A stretch of 64,000 nucleotides of DNA from an uncultured bacterium (GTDB taxonomy: Bacteria > Acidobacteriota > HRBIN11 > JAKEFK01), in contig CAVZQN010000001.1 of NCBI GenBank assembly GCA_963777505.1, positions 384,001 through 448,000 of the forward strand, read 5' to 3'. Both the position numbers and the translations under genes were made by a program. Each line of letters opens with the position of its first letter. Position 1 is the stretch's first letter. The notes beneath the pieces are model-generated. The model was not told the origin of the DNA, did not search any database, and saw only the letters and a program-made list of their open reading frames with translations. Below, one piece after another: positions 9,253 to 19,013 of the stretch.

Positions 9253-9453
9253 TTAGCTTTTTTCCTCCAACCACGCCATTTGGATTGCTTCTAAAATTTT
9301 TTCATTCGATTTTTTTGCATCATCTTCAAAATCCGGAAGTTCGGTAACCCATTTATGCAAATCAGTAAACCGAACAGTAAGTGGATCGGTATCCGGAAAT
9401 TTTTCTGAAAGCTGAAATCCAATCTCTTCGACGTCGGTCCAACTGAGTTTCAT
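9253..9453 (-). CDS. iscX: Fe-S cluster assembly protein IscX
   Basis: LSWTDVEEIG, VRFTDLHKWV and NEKILEAIQMAWLEE. Lies directly after hscA. Confidence 0.95.
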   Translation of the reverse strand: MKLSWTDVEEIGFQLSEKFPDTDPLTVRFTDLHKWVTELPDFEDDAKKSNEKILEAIQMAWLEEKS

Positions 9454-9465
9454 CTTTTTCACCAA

Positions 9466-11355
9466 CTATTGTTTGTGTGTTGTTCGCTCTGCTTCTTCTT
9501 CCAGCTCATCCAGGGTTTTATCTTTTAAGGCCCCTGCAATCGTGCTGTCCATGATACCTTGTGCAAGTTTCTGGGTCGCCTGATCTAATGTTTCAATTTT
9601 CTCACGGATTGCACTATGGCTTGTTCCTTGATGTGCCTCGCGCAATTCGCTTTCCGCGTTTCGAATTTGTCCTTTCTCCTGTGTTGAAAGAAATTCATCA
9701 GCTCTTCTCATGGCCTTCTCTGTCGAACGCAGTACAATATCGGCGTCATTGCGAGCATCAATCAACATGCGCGCTTCAAAATCTGTTTCAGCAGATTCCA
9801 TTGAATCAAATAGCATCCGTTCAACTTCTTCATCGGTGAGGCCGTATGAGGGTTTTACTTCCAGAGATTGCTGTTTCCCGGTTCGCATGTCGCGCGCAGT
9901 AACATTTAAGATTCCATTTGCATCGATCATGAATGTCACTTCAATTCGTGGAAGCCCCGCAGGCATTGCATCAATTCCTTTCAGTTGAAAACGTGCCAGG
10001 CTGCGATTATCTTTCGCAAGTTCACGATCTCCTTGAAGCACATGAACGTCAATTCCGGTTTGATTATCAACAAAAGTTGTAAAGTATTCGGTCGCTGAAT
10101 TTGGAATCGTTGAATTGCGTTCAATCAGCTTTGACATTGCGCCGCCATACGTTTCAATCCCAAGCGAGAGTGGAGTAATGTCGAGCAGCAGCATGTCATG
10201 TACGGACGTTCCAGCCAGAATATCTGCTTGAACTGCAGCGCCAATCGCGACAACCTCATCAGGATTTAATTCGCTTTTCGGTTTCTTACCAAACAGTTCT
10301 TGAACACGCTGTCGCACCAGAGGCATCCGTGTGCTTCCACCAACCAGAACCACCTCATCAATCGCTGATGGCTCAACGCCTGCATCTGTCAATGCCAAAC
10401 GCATCGGCTTTATTGTCTTTTCAACGATGTCACCAACAAGAGCTTCAAAATCAGGCCTCGTAATCGCAAGTTCAAAATTCTTATCACCTAATGGAATACT
10501 GACTTTGGCTTGTTCCGCATCAGACAGATCCCATTTCGCACGCTCTGCAGCATCTCGAATTATTTGCTGAAGGTTTGCATCAATCTCACCGGTCCAGCCA
10601 AATTTGCGGATCATATCGATTAAGAATTGAGAAAACCGGTTATCAATATCATCGCCGCCTAAATGCGTGTCACCATGTGTTGATAAAACTTGAAAAACAC
10701 CGTCTTTGATTTTTAAAATTGAGATGTCAAATGTCCCGCCGCCAAGATCATAGACTGCAATTGTTCCTTCTTTGATTTTGTCCAAACCATACGCAAGGGC
10801 CGCAGCAGTAGGCTCATTCAAAATCCGAAGCACTTCTAAACCCGCAAGCTTTCCTGCATCCTTTGTGGCCTGGCGCTGCGCATCATTAAAGTAGGCGGGA
10901 ACTGTAATAACGGCTTGAACCACAGGACGCTTTACTTCTTTCTCTGCTATGAATTTCAATTCTTTCAAAATCATTGCTGATATTTCGGGCGGAGTGTATT
11001 CGCGTTGATTGACGCGGATCTTTACCATTTCCTGGCCATGGCCAACTACTTCCCACGGAAAAAATTCCAGTTCACTAGCAACATCATCAATACCGCGTCC
11101 CATTAAACGCTTGATAGAAAATACCGTATGCGCAGCATCCGTTAATCGATACTTTCTTGCTGCGGCACCCACAAACATATTGTCCGGCTGGAAAGACACA
11201 ATCGATGGAACAAGAGTCCTGCCATCGGGTCCATTAATGACTTCAGGTGTTCCGTCCTTTACGAATGCAACAAGACTATTTGTAGTCCCTAAATCAATCC
11301 CTACGGCAAGAGGTTTTTCTTTCGCCGCAGTTCCAATTCCAATTTCTATACCCAT
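9466..11355 (-). CDS. hscA: Fe-S chaperone HscA (Hsp70 family)
   Basis: [43 protein letters not shown] and the HscA-type [11 protein letters not shown]. Sits in an isc operon. Confidence 0.95.
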   Translation of the reverse strand: MGIEIGIGTAAKEKPLAVGIDLGTTNSLVAFVKDGTPEVINGPDGRTLVPSIVSFQPDNMFVGAAARKYRLTDAAHTVFSIKRLMGRGIDDVASELEFFPWEVVGHGQEMVKIRVNQREYTPPEISAMILKELKFIAEKEVKRPVVQAVITVPAYFNDAQRQATKDAGKLAGLEVLRILNEPTAAALAYGLDKIKEGTIAVYDLGGGTFDISILKIKDGVFQVLSTHGDTHLGGDDIDNRFSQFLIDMIRKFGWTGEIDANLQQIIRDAAERAKWDLSDAEQAKVSIPLGDKNFELAITRPDFEALVGDIVEKTIKPMRLALTDAGVEPSAIDEVVLVGGSTRMPLVRQRVQELFGKKPKSELNPDEVVAIGAAVQADILAGTSVHDMLLLDITPLSLGIETYGGAMSKLIERNSTIPNSATEYFTTFVDNQTGIDVHVLQGDRELAKDNRSLARFQLKGIDAMPAGLPRIEVTFMIDANGILNVTARDMRTGKQQSLEVKPSYGLTDEEVERMLFDSMESAETDFEARMLIDARNDADIVLRSTEKAMRRADEFLSTQEKGQIRNAESELREAHQGTSHSAIREKIETLDQATQKLAQGIMDSTIAGALKDKTLDELEEEAERTTHKQ

Positions 11356-11393
11356 GCTTTCGCTCCAAATGCGGAATGCGTGATGCGCATCTC

Positions 11394-12035
11394 CTAATGA
11401 ATAATCGGTTCTCCGCCTCGCACAATATGATCAATTTGTCTCAAGAATGACCGTATGTAGGCACGTTCATGTAAGATTTGCTTTATTTGTTCAATTTCTT
11501 TTTGATCACCAGTCTCATCATACTTTGCAAAATGAGACTGCAATGAATCTTCAATGTCCTGAACCTTTTTGCTTAACTGCTTTTCTGCGTTATCAACTTC
11601 CTTTAAAGCACTTTCTGGTGGATTACCATCTGAGTCACGGATCGTATCCAGTACGTCATGAATTTCAAAAAAGAACTCCGCCATTTCGGCAGGAACCTGT
11701 GCGGATTTTTCTTCCAAGGAACCAAGTTTCCGTTCCACAACATATTTTGCGCGGGTAATAGGATCCTTTAACGTGCGATATGCATTGTTCAATGCCGAGG
11801 AATACTCATGCGCAACTTCTACTTCAGAAGGTGATTTGTTTGCAAAACGGTCAGGATGATATTTACGGCTTAACTCAAAAAAGCGTTTTTCAAGTGCAGC
11901 TTCATCAATCGCAAGCCGGTCTTCAGGAAGTCCGAAAACCTCAAAATGAGATCGTTCGGAAGGAGGCAAAATCCGCCCACATTGCGGACAATTTTCCGCA
12001 TTGGAAACCTCTTTGTGACAATGAGGGCATATCAT
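11394..12035 (-). CDS. hscB: Co-chaperone HscB with an N-terminal CxxC-CxxC module
   Basis: J-domain YHPDRF and [17 protein letters not shown]; N-terminal CPHC...CPQC. Confidence 0.93.
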   Translation of the reverse strand: MICPHCHKEVSNAENCPQCGRILPPSERSHFEVFGLPEDRLAIDEAALEKRFFELSRKYHPDRFANKSPSEVEVAHEYSSALNNAYRTLKDPITRAKYVVERKLGSLEEKSAQVPAEMAEFFFEIHDVLDTIRDSDGNPPESALKEVDNAEKQLSKKVQDIEDSLQSHFAKYDETGDQKEIEQIKQILHERAYIRSFLRQIDHIVRGGEPIIH

Positions 12036-12095
12036 GTTTCGGCCTTTGCAATAATTTTGACTCTTTTGGGTGTACTTTGTGTCTTGTGGTGAATC

Positions 12096-12428
12096 TTAAA
12101 CGGAGAATGATGTTCCGCATCCGCAAGACTTTTTGGCGTTGGGGTTCATAAATGAAAACCCGCCATTTAACGGATCCGTAGAGAATTCTAGCGTTGTTCC
12201 ACGCAAATAGAGATAACTCTTGAAATCAACAAACACTTTAACACCGTTGATTTCAGCAATTTTATCGCCTTGCTTGGTTTCGTTTTCGAAATCAATGTCG
12301 TATGTCAATCCCGAACAACCACCGCCCTTTACACCCATACGTAGACCGTAACCTTGGAGTTTCTTTGAATCAAGAAGGTGTCTAATCTGCGTAGCAGCAG
12401 TATCGGAAATACCTAAATCCAGTGCCAT
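12096..12428 (-). CDS. iscA: A-type Fe-S carrier IscA
   Basis: LRMGVKGGGCSG and NPNAKKSCGCGTSF. Confidence 0.95.
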   Translation of the reverse strand: MALDLGISDTAATQIRHLLDSKKLQGYGLRMGVKGGGCSGLTYDIDFENETKQGDKIAEINGVKVFVDFKSYLYLRGTTLEFSTDPLNGGFSFMNPNAKKSCGCGTSFSV

Positions 12429-12442
12429 TGAACTATCCTCGC

Positions 12443-12826
12443 TTATACCTTTTTCTTTTTGTAATCAGAAATCGCTGCCTTGATGGCATCTTCCGCAAGA
12501 ACCGAACAATGGATCTTAATAGGAGGCAGACTCAATTCTTCAACGATTTCCGTATTCTTAATCTTGAGCGCTTCATCAATTGTCTTGCCTTTCACCCATT
12601 CAGTTACCAGGCTTGAACTTGCAATTGCGCTTCCGCATCCGAAAGTTTTAAACTTGGCATCTTCGATTACGCCGCTATTTTCATTAATCTTAATCTGCAA
12701 CTTCATCACATCGCCGCATTCCGGCGCACCGACAATACCAGTACCAACGCTGGGATCAGCCTTGTCCATACTTCCGACATTACGCGGATTTTTGTAATGA
12801 TCGATAACTTTATCTGTATATGACAT
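12443..12826 (-). CDS. iscU: Fe-S scaffold IscU
   Basis: DHYKNPRNVG, GAPECGDVM, FKTFGCGSAIASSS and LPPIKIHCS. Confidence 0.98.
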   Translation of the reverse strand: MSYTDKVIDHYKNPRNVGSMDKADPSVGTGIVGAPECGDVMKLQIKINENSGVIEDAKFKTFGCGSAIASSSLVTEWVKGKTIDEALKIKNTEIVEELSLPPIKIHCSVLAEDAIKAAISDYKKKKV

Positions 12827-12864
12827 TAAAGCCTCCTTGTGCTTTCCTCACCTTATAATGACTT

Positions 12865-14085
12865 TTATTCTCCGGCTCCTGACCAGGACACCTTTTTCAA
12901 ATCGATTCCTTCCTTAGCCATCTCATACAATGGGGACATTTCTCGCAATCGATTCACGTTATCCACCACTTTGTTCAACACGTATTGCACTTCTTCTTCG
13001 GTGTTAAACCGGCCAAGCCCAAATCGAATTGAAGTATGCGCGAGATCTTCGCCTACACCTAATGCTTTCAATACATAGGATGGTTCCAACGTTGCCGATG
13101 TGCATGCAGAACCTGACGAAACGGCAATATCATCCATTCCCATCAGCAGCGATTCCCCTTCCACATATGCAAAACTCACATTTAAATTATTTGGCAGACG
13201 TTCAGTTGGATGGCCATTCAAAAACACATCTTCAAGCGCGTTTGTTATACCGTGATGCAGTTTATCGCGAAACCCGGCGAGCTTTTTTGATTCTTCCGGC
13301 ATGATTTCTTTTGCAATTTCAACGGCCTTACCAAATCCAACCATACCAGGAACATTCAACGTTCCAGATCTCATGCCGCGTTCATGACCACCGCCATCCA
13401 TTTGAGCAACCAGCCGGACGCGTGGACCTTTCTTTCGCACATACAATGCACCGATCCCCTTGGGACCATAAATTTTGTGCGCAGTTAATGACATCAAGTC
13501 GACATTCATCGCCTGCACATCAACCGGCACCTTGCCGATCGCTTGAACAGCATCACTATGAAACAGGACGCCCTTTTCTTTCGCGATCTTTCCGATTTCA
13601 CCAATTTTTTGTAACGTTCCAACTTCGTTATTCGCATACATAATCGAAATCAGAATGGTTTTATCGGTGATCTCTTTCCTTAATTCATCAAGATCAATCT
13701 GCCCATACTTATCAACCGGTAAGTACGTAACACGTTTGCCAAGCTTTTCAAGACGTTTGCCGGTATCCAGTACTGCCTTATGTTCTGTAACGCAGGTGAT
13801 AATGTGATCACCTTTTTCTGCGTACATTTCAGCAACGCCTTTTAAAGCCAGATTGTTTGATTCAGTGGCGCCGCTTGTAAATATGATTTCTTTCGGATCC
13901 GCATTAATGAGTGATGCAATCCTTTCGCGTGAACGTTCTACTGCTTCTTCTGCGCGCCAGCCAAATGCATGATTGCGGCTTGCAGCATTCCCGAAATCTT
14001 CGGTGAAATAAGGAAGCATTTCTTCTAAAACTCTCGGATCTACCGGAGTCGTTGAATGATAATCCATAAAAATTGGCGTTTTCAT
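12865..14085 (-). CDS. iscS: Cysteine desulfurase IscS
   Basis: [43 protein letters not shown] and [17 protein letters not shown]. Confidence 0.98.
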   Translation of the reverse strand: MKTPIFMDYHSTTPVDPRVLEEMLPYFTEDFGNAASRNHAFGWRAEEAVERSRERIASLINADPKEIIFTSGATESNNLALKGVAEMYAEKGDHIITCVTEHKAVLDTGKRLEKLGKRVTYLPVDKYGQIDLDELRKEITDKTILISIMYANNEVGTLQKIGEIGKIAKEKGVLFHSDAVQAIGKVPVDVQAMNVDLMSLTAHKIYGPKGIGALYVRKKGPRVRLVAQMDGGGHERGMRSGTLNVPGMVGFGKAVEIAKEIMPEESKKLAGFRDKLHHGITNALEDVFLNGHPTERLPNNLNVSFAYVEGESLLMGMDDIAVSSGSACTSATLEPSYVLKALGVGEDLAHTSIRFGLGRFNTEEEVQYVLNKVVDNVNRLREMSPLYEMAKEGIDLKKVSWSGAGE

Positions 14086-14642
14086 CTCAGTTCTCCCTCC
14101 TGAACAGGGAAGTCAGAATATGTATTAAGTGTCTCTTTCTTAGGCAGCTGCATCTTTTTCATTTTCTTTATAATGACCTCGCGATCGGCTTTCTTCATTC
14201 GTTGTGTAAACACAATTCCATCCAGATGATCGATTTCATGAAGCAAAGCGCGCGCTAAAAGAGCTGTTCCTTCAAGTTCAACAATTTTTCCTTCCGGATT
14301 GTACCCGCGAACCTTCGCAATATTCGGACGACTCACGGTTGCAAACAATCCAGGAAAGCTTAAACAGCCTTCCTGACCTCTTTGCTCTCCATCTGTCAAA
14401 ACCACGACTGGATTAATCAGAGTCAGTTGTTTACTACGATCCTCACCACCACTTGTATCAATGACAAGCAACCGTTTATTGACTCCAACTTGAGGCGCAG
14501 AAAGTCCTACGCCATTTGTAAAATACATGGTTTCGAACATGTCTCTTACAAATTTCTTTAGATCAGCCGTAAAATCCTCAACCGGCTCTGAAACACGTTC
14601 AAGCCGGGGATCACCGTAATAGACGACATCTAAAATTGCCAT
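14082..14642 (-). CDS. def: Peptide deformylase
   Basis: All three PDF motifs are present: [15 protein letters not shown] and HEIDHLDG. Confidence 0.96.
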   Translation of the reverse strand: MAILDVVYYGDPRLERVSEPVEDFTADLKKFVRDMFETMYFTNGVGLSAPQVGVNKRLLVIDTSGGEDRSKQLTLINPVVVLTDGEQRGQEGCLSFPGLFATVSRPNIAKVRGYNPEGKIVELEGTALLARALLHEIDHLDGIVFTQRMKKADREVIIKKMKKMQLPKKETLNTYSDFPVQEGELR

Positions 14643-15100
14643 TACTGTACTCCCAAACCTATTTGCTGGAGTTGAACCGGAGATTTCTGATGGAATTCCA
14701 TTTCCGCTGCAAGCTGACCGATTGTTAATTTTTCAAGCATATTGTCAACGGTCTGCTGTATTTCGCGTATGTGCTGATTTACAGAACATTTCCGAAAACG
14801 ATTGCAATCAAAATGATCCATCAAACATTCCTGCATATGAGTTTCACCTTGAATCACATGCAAAACTTCTTTCATCGTTGTTTTTTCAACATTCCGTGCG
14901 AGCCTGTAACCACCTTTCGATCCCATTTGCGAAGCCAGGTAACCTGCTTTATGCATTTGCTGAAGCACTTTCGAAAGATAGCTCTGAGGTGCATCCAGGA
15001 CATTCGATAAGGTGTGAAGATCAGCAACTTCACCTGATGGCCGCGTCTGGAAATAAATCAAAACATAGACTGCGTACAGCGTTCCGCGTGTGACTTCCAT
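14642..15100 (-). CDS. Rrf2 family regulator (IscR-like, three Cys)
   Basis: wHTH SYLSKVLQQMHKAGYLASQMGSKGGYRLAR and C-terminal ECLMDHFDCNRFRKC. First gene of the isc operon. Confidence 0.9.
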   Translation of the reverse strand: MEVTRGTLYAVYVLIYFQTRPSGEVADLHTLSNVLDAPQSYLSKVLQQMHKAGYLASQMGSKGGYRLARNVEKTTMKEVLHVIQGETHMQECLMDHFDCNRFRKCSVNQHIREIQQTVDNMLEKLTIGQLAAEMEFHQKSPVQLQQIGLGVQ

Positions 15101-15112
15101 TGGTATCCTCAG

Positions 15113-15131
15113 ATAGTCTCGACGAGACTAT
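15113..15131. promoter_or_regulatory. Candidate Rrf2 operator (perfect 8-3-8 palindrome)
   Basis: ATAGTCTC-gac-GAGACTAT, located between the predicted promoter and the RBS of the rrf2 gene. Confidence 0.6.
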
Positions 15132-15161
15132 AATGTTAGACTTATCAACTCCAATATTGTT

Positions 15162-15190
15162 AATTTACAGATAAACTGCGCCAAAGTCAA
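15162..15190 (-). promoter_or_regulatory. Sigma70-type promoter of the isc operon
   Basis: Minus strand reads TTGACT-N17-TAAATT. Confidence 0.55.
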
Positions 15191-15209
15191 GCAATTCTAT
15201 TGACGAGGA

Positions 15210-15833
15210 TTAAGGAGCTGTCGAGGAAACGGTTTTTTGGCCAAATATGGCTCTAAAAGCTCTTCGGATGGCCCGGTAGAGCTTAGGAGCAAACCAGATA
15301 ATCAAGGCAATGAAACCGAGAACAATTCCAAGAGCAATAAATGGATGATTGTATACAAAGTAAAGAGAACCGATAACTACTGCATCTTCAGCTATGCTTA
15401 AACCAATATTACTAAACGGCTCCGCTGGTGAAACGATATTCGTTGAGAGTCGGGTTCCAGCTTTTGCCGTATGTGAAGTTAATGCCAGAGTTCCACAAAT
15501 CACCGCTGCAATGATTTTAAGTTTAGGATCCTGGTCGCCCAATACATGTAATGAAAGGAAAACTGCCGCAAGCGGGCGCACGATCGTGTGAACTCCATCC
15601 CAAATGTTATCAACCCAGGGAATTTTATCGGCAAAAAATTCAAGCGCATACATCGTACCGCTTACGATTAAGATTGACGGATGTGACAAAACATCCAGGG
15701 ATTCCAATGCGGGAATTAGTTTTAGCCACCCAAAACGGATCGCCAGGCCGGAAACAAATACCACAGCGTAAACATTCAGACCCGAAAAGAATCCAAGGCT
15801 GAATAATGTCGCCAGAACGGCATATGATTCCAT
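15210..15833 (-). CDS. DUF4126 family membrane protein
   Basis: SGLNVYA, EFFADKIPWVDNIWD, HTAKAGTR and EPFSNIGLSIAED. Confidence 0.85.
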   Translation of the reverse strand: MESYAVLATLFSLGFFSGLNVYAVVFVSGLAIRFGWLKLIPALESLDVLSHPSILIVSGTMYALEFFADKIPWVDNIWDGVHTIVRPLAAVFLSLHVLGDQDPKLKIIAAVICGTLALTSHTAKAGTRLSTNIVSPAEPFSNIGLSIAEDAVVIGSLYFVYNHPFIALGIVLGFIALIIWFAPKLYRAIRRAFRAIFGQKTVSSTAP

Positions 15834-15836
15834 TTC

Positions 15837-16403
15837 TTATTCCTTTAGACCGATCTCAATCGCTACAGGCTTTAATGAATTCGCGATAAAACTAATGAGC
15901 TCATCAAGATCCGCTGGAAGTTGCTCGGCAGCCTTGTAGACTTCTTCGCGATTTACGGTCCGCGCAAAAGATTTATCTTTCAGTTTTTTCCGCACAGATT
16001 TCGGTTCAATTTGTGAAAGACTCTTATCAGGTTTTACAAGCGTGCAAGCAACGATAAATCCTGTCAGTTCATCCAGGGCGAAAATTGCACGGTCCACTAA
16101 AGATTTCCGTTCGAGTCCCAGATAGTCAGCGTGACATTGGATCGCGTAAATGATGTCCTCTGGAACCTGTCGCGAGCGCAAAATTTCAGAGCCTTTTAAG
16201 GGATGATCGGGAACTGTAGGATGCACCTCGTAATCAAAATCATGCAGTAATCCGACGAGGGCAAACTTGTGTGGATCATCACCATGCTTTTCTGCAAAAG
16301 CCTTCATTACCGCTTCAACAGCAATAGCATGTTTTCGAAGGCTGTCAGTTTTTGTGTATTCGTGCAGGATTTCAAGCGCCTGTTCGCGCGACGGATAGGT
16401 CAA
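15837..16403 (-). CDS. HD-domain metal-dependent phosphohydrolase
   Basis: SLRKHAIAVE, GLLHDFDYE, DELTGFI and KKLKDKSFARTVNR. Confidence 0.88.
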   Translation of the reverse strand: MTYPSREQALEILHEYTKTDSLRKHAIAVEAVMKAFAEKHGDDPHKFALVGLLHDFDYEVHPTVPDHPLKGSEILRSRQVPEDIIYAIQCHADYLGLERKSLVDRAIFALDELTGFIVACTLVKPDKSLSQIEPKSVRKKLKDKSFARTVNREEVYKAAEQLPADLDELISFIANSLKPVAIEIGLKE

Positions 16404-16606
16404 TAAGGTACACCCAGCTTCTCATTCTCTTCAGGCATGACTGCCCAAAGAATAATGTATACCAGAATGCCGGGGAACGCCGCTGAAAATAGTGACGCAA
16501 GAACATAGGTGACACGGACCAGAGTTGGATCCCAGCCAAGACTCTTTGCAATACCACCACACACACCTGCAATCATTCGGTCTTTTTTGGAACGTTCTAG
16601 TGCCAT
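16400..16606 (-). CDS. PspC domain protein
   Basis: RSKKDRMIAGVCGGIA...DPTLVR...YIILWAVMPEE. Confidence 0.92.
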   Translation of the reverse strand: MALERSKKDRMIAGVCGGIAKSLGWDPTLVRVTYVLASLFSAAFPGILVYIILWAVMPEENEKLGVPY

Positions 16607-16716
16607 TGTTACAACCTCCTAGGGGGTTATCATTAATAATAATACGCAGAAAATGCCGGAGTGTTCCCCCCGTTTCTTGCTCGACAAAAGCATTTGCTTC
16701 ATACTAGCTTCAACAA

Positions 16717-18087
16717 TTGAACACAAGAAAGGAAAATCTGGTCCTCTTTGTCAGTGTTGTTTTTTATACTCTCCCGTTTTACCTCCTTTCGCTTCAGTGT
16801 TTCTTTCACAATGACGATTTAATGAGCCTGAATACGTACGTCTTCCAGCCATTCAGCAACCTAATAATGGGGAATATATTTTTTTGGGATACGACCTATC
16901 GTCCTTTTGCGGGTGTGCTTTATTCAACTCTATTCCACTTTTTTGGAATGGATCCACTTCCTTACTACATAACAGGCTTTGTAATCCGGGTCGTAAATCT
17001 CGGTTTGCTTTTTTTACTTCTTACAAGAATTACGCAGAAACCCTTATTAGCTGCAATTACAACTGCCCTCTCAGCAATTCACTGGGAAACAAGCGATGCA
17101 ATCTATAACTTTGGGTCGGTTTTTGAGCTTCTCGCATTCTGCTTCTTCCTTGTCAGCTTCAATTTGTATTTGTCTTTTCTAAAAAGCGATCGAGCCGGAC
17201 GAAAATATTATTTAGCTGCAGTCCTTGCATATGTCTTTGCGCTAAACAGCAAAGAAATCGCAATTACATTGCCGGTCATCATTCTCATCTATGAATGGAT
17301 TTACAAACCTGGCGAAGAAAAACAGTGGAATCGCTTTCTGTGGCTTTTGCCTTTTTTTGGAATTGGAATCATTTATGCGTTAGGAAAGCTGTTTGGACAA
17401 GACACATATCTTGAAATTCCTGCATTTGAATATGTATGGGATGCTGAAGTTTTCAAAAATTTAGAGAAATATGTCGAAAAGCTTTTTTATAACCAGGTGG
17501 ACTTGAATACTTTTGGCGTGCTGCTTTTACTTCTGGCAGGTCTTGGTATTGCGCTGCTACTTCGCAGCAAAGAAATGACATTCGGGTTGATTTATTTTCT
17601 GATCACTTTGATTCCAGTAATTGGCTTGCGAAGATTCTGGGGACTTTATCTTTATATTCCGATGGCAGGCATCGTTTTGTATGGCATCGCATTTTTTGTA
17701 GAGCTTGGGAAACGGATCTTCAAAAGCCCTGTTCCAATGAAATTTGTTTACGGGGGGTTGATCCTATGGTTTGTTTTGTTGCTGACGATTCAATATCCAA
17801 AATTTGTTTCAGCAACTGAAAAATATTTCATTGGGCCGGGGAAGGCTAAACGGAATTTTTATCAACAGTTGCTCCGAGCATATCCCGATGTCCCACATAG
17901 TACAGCATTCGCATTTAAAAACGCGCCGTTGGATGGATACAATCTTCATTTTATTGTGTGGCTAAGTTATAAGGATCCATCCCTTCAAGTGTTCCGAGTG
18001 CCGGAGCAGCAGCATCAGTTTTTAGAAGTTAGGAAAACAGTGCCGTCTCATGTTTTTGAATACAACCCCAAAGACACCAAAAATTAG
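16717..18087 (+). CDS. Polytopic membrane protein, GT-C glycosyltransferase-like
   Basis: Many hydrophobic segments with NDD in the first loop, YRP, ALNSKE and YLYIP, as seen in ArnT/TMTC-like GT-C enzymes. Confidence 0.65.
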   Translation: MNTRKENLVLFVSVVFYTLPFYLLSLQCFFHNDDLMSLNTYVFQPFSNLIMGNIFFWDTTYRPFAGVLYSTLFHFFGMDPLPYYITGFVIRVVNLGLLFLLLTRITQKPLLAAITTALSAIHWETSDAIYNFGSVFELLAFCFFLVSFNLYLSFLKSDRAGRKYYLAAVLAYVFALNSKEIAITLPVIILIYEWIYKPGEEKQWNRFLWLLPFFGIGIIYALGKLFGQDTYLEIPAFEYVWDAEVFKNLEKYVEKLFYNQVDLNTFGVLLLLLAGLGIALLLRSKEMTFGLIYFLITLIPVIGLRRFWGLYLYIPMAGIVLYGIAFFVELGKRIFKSPVPMKFVYGGLILWFVLLLTIQYPKFVSATEKYFIGPGKAKRNFYQQLLRAYPDVPHSTAFAFKNAPLDGYNLHFIVWLSYKDPSLQVFRVPEQQHQFLEVRKTVPSHVFEYNPKDTKN

Positions 18088-18178
18088 TTCTCTGCGACTC
18101 TGCGGTTCGAACTAATTTTTAACGCCGAGTACGCCGAGTTTTTATTTTTACTTGGCGTCTTGGCGGTTGAGCTAAATC
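18088..18178. repeat. Cluster of short 8-9-mer dispersed repeats
   Basis: 18116-18139 is the exact reverse complement of 1634-1657. 18151-18178 matches the reverse complement of 30956-30983 at 27 of 28 positions. Confidence 0.7.
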
Positions 18179-18184
18179 AATTCC

Positions 18185-18982
18185 TCATATCTTTTTCAGA
18201 ATTGTCTTCCACCGTTCCCAGCCTTCAGTCCTTGCTTTCTTATTTGCTTCAGTGCCTGCTGGATCTTCCCCGCTTCGCATAAAGCCGTGTCCGGCTCCTT
18301 CATAAGTGACTGGTTCAAAAGTTTTCCCTGCTTCCTTCATTGCTGCAGCGGTATCGGGGATTGTGGCATTGATGCGTGCATCATCGCTGCCGTAGAAACC
18401 GTAGACAGGACTTTTGATTCGTGCAATTTCATCTTTTGTGTGCTGAAAAGTCCCATAGAAAACGAATGCCGCTTTTAGATCCGGACGTCTTGTGGCAAAA
18501 CGTAAAGTTTGACCGCCGCCCCAACAGAATCCTCCTACTGCAAGTTTGCCATTGCTTGCTGGCACCTTGAGTACATAATCTGCTACGGCATTCAGATCAC
18601 TTTGAACCTGATCGGGTTGAAGCTTTGAGATCCCTTCCCTTGCCGCATCTTCACTGGCAAAGTCACTTGTCTTTCCACCGTTTGGTCCAGTGCCTGAAAG
18701 GAGATCTGGTGCAATCGCTATATAACCAGCTTCAGCCAGTTGATCGGTTACGCCCCGGACCCAATCAGTTAAGCCTTTATTTTCATGGATTACTACAACT
18801 GCAAGAGTTTTGTCTTTCGATTCAGGGTACGTAATAAAGCTATGAATCGTACGATCACCGTTCTTAACTTCAACCCATTCATGATGGCGTGGTGATTTTT
18901 CCAATCGTTCTTTGACAAAGTCTTGAGCCGCAAGCGGAACGGTTAATGTGAGTAATACGAATAATGCGAATGCTATTTTCAT
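18185..18982 (-). CDS. Secreted dienelactone hydrolase family protein
   Basis: Signal peptide MKIAFALFVLL, VIHENKGL, nucleophile GFCWGG and YEGAGHGFMR. RBS ggagg precedes ATG at 18982. Confidence 0.9.
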   Translation of the reverse strand: MKIAFALFVLLTLTVPLAAQDFVKERLEKSPRHHEWVEVKNGDRTIHSFITYPESKDKTLAVVVIHENKGLTDWVRGVTDQLAEAGYIAIAPDLLSGTGPNGGKTSDFASEDAAREGISKLQPDQVQSDLNAVADYVLKVPASNGKLAVGGFCWGGGQTLRFATRRPDLKAAFVFYGTFQHTKDEIARIKSPVYGFYGSDDARINATIPDTAAAMKEAGKTFEPVTYEGAGHGFMRSGEDPAGTEANKKARTEGWERWKTILKKI

Positions 18983-19013
18983 TCGACCTCCGTCAGGTTC
19001 TGGTTTAAAGAAA

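Noticed and set aside
9561-15093. Numerous 60-125 aa plus-strand ORFs opposite the isc genes (and similar ORFs elsewhere)
   Set aside because: They are antisense or out-of-frame shadows of well-supported genes and have no recognisable motifs.
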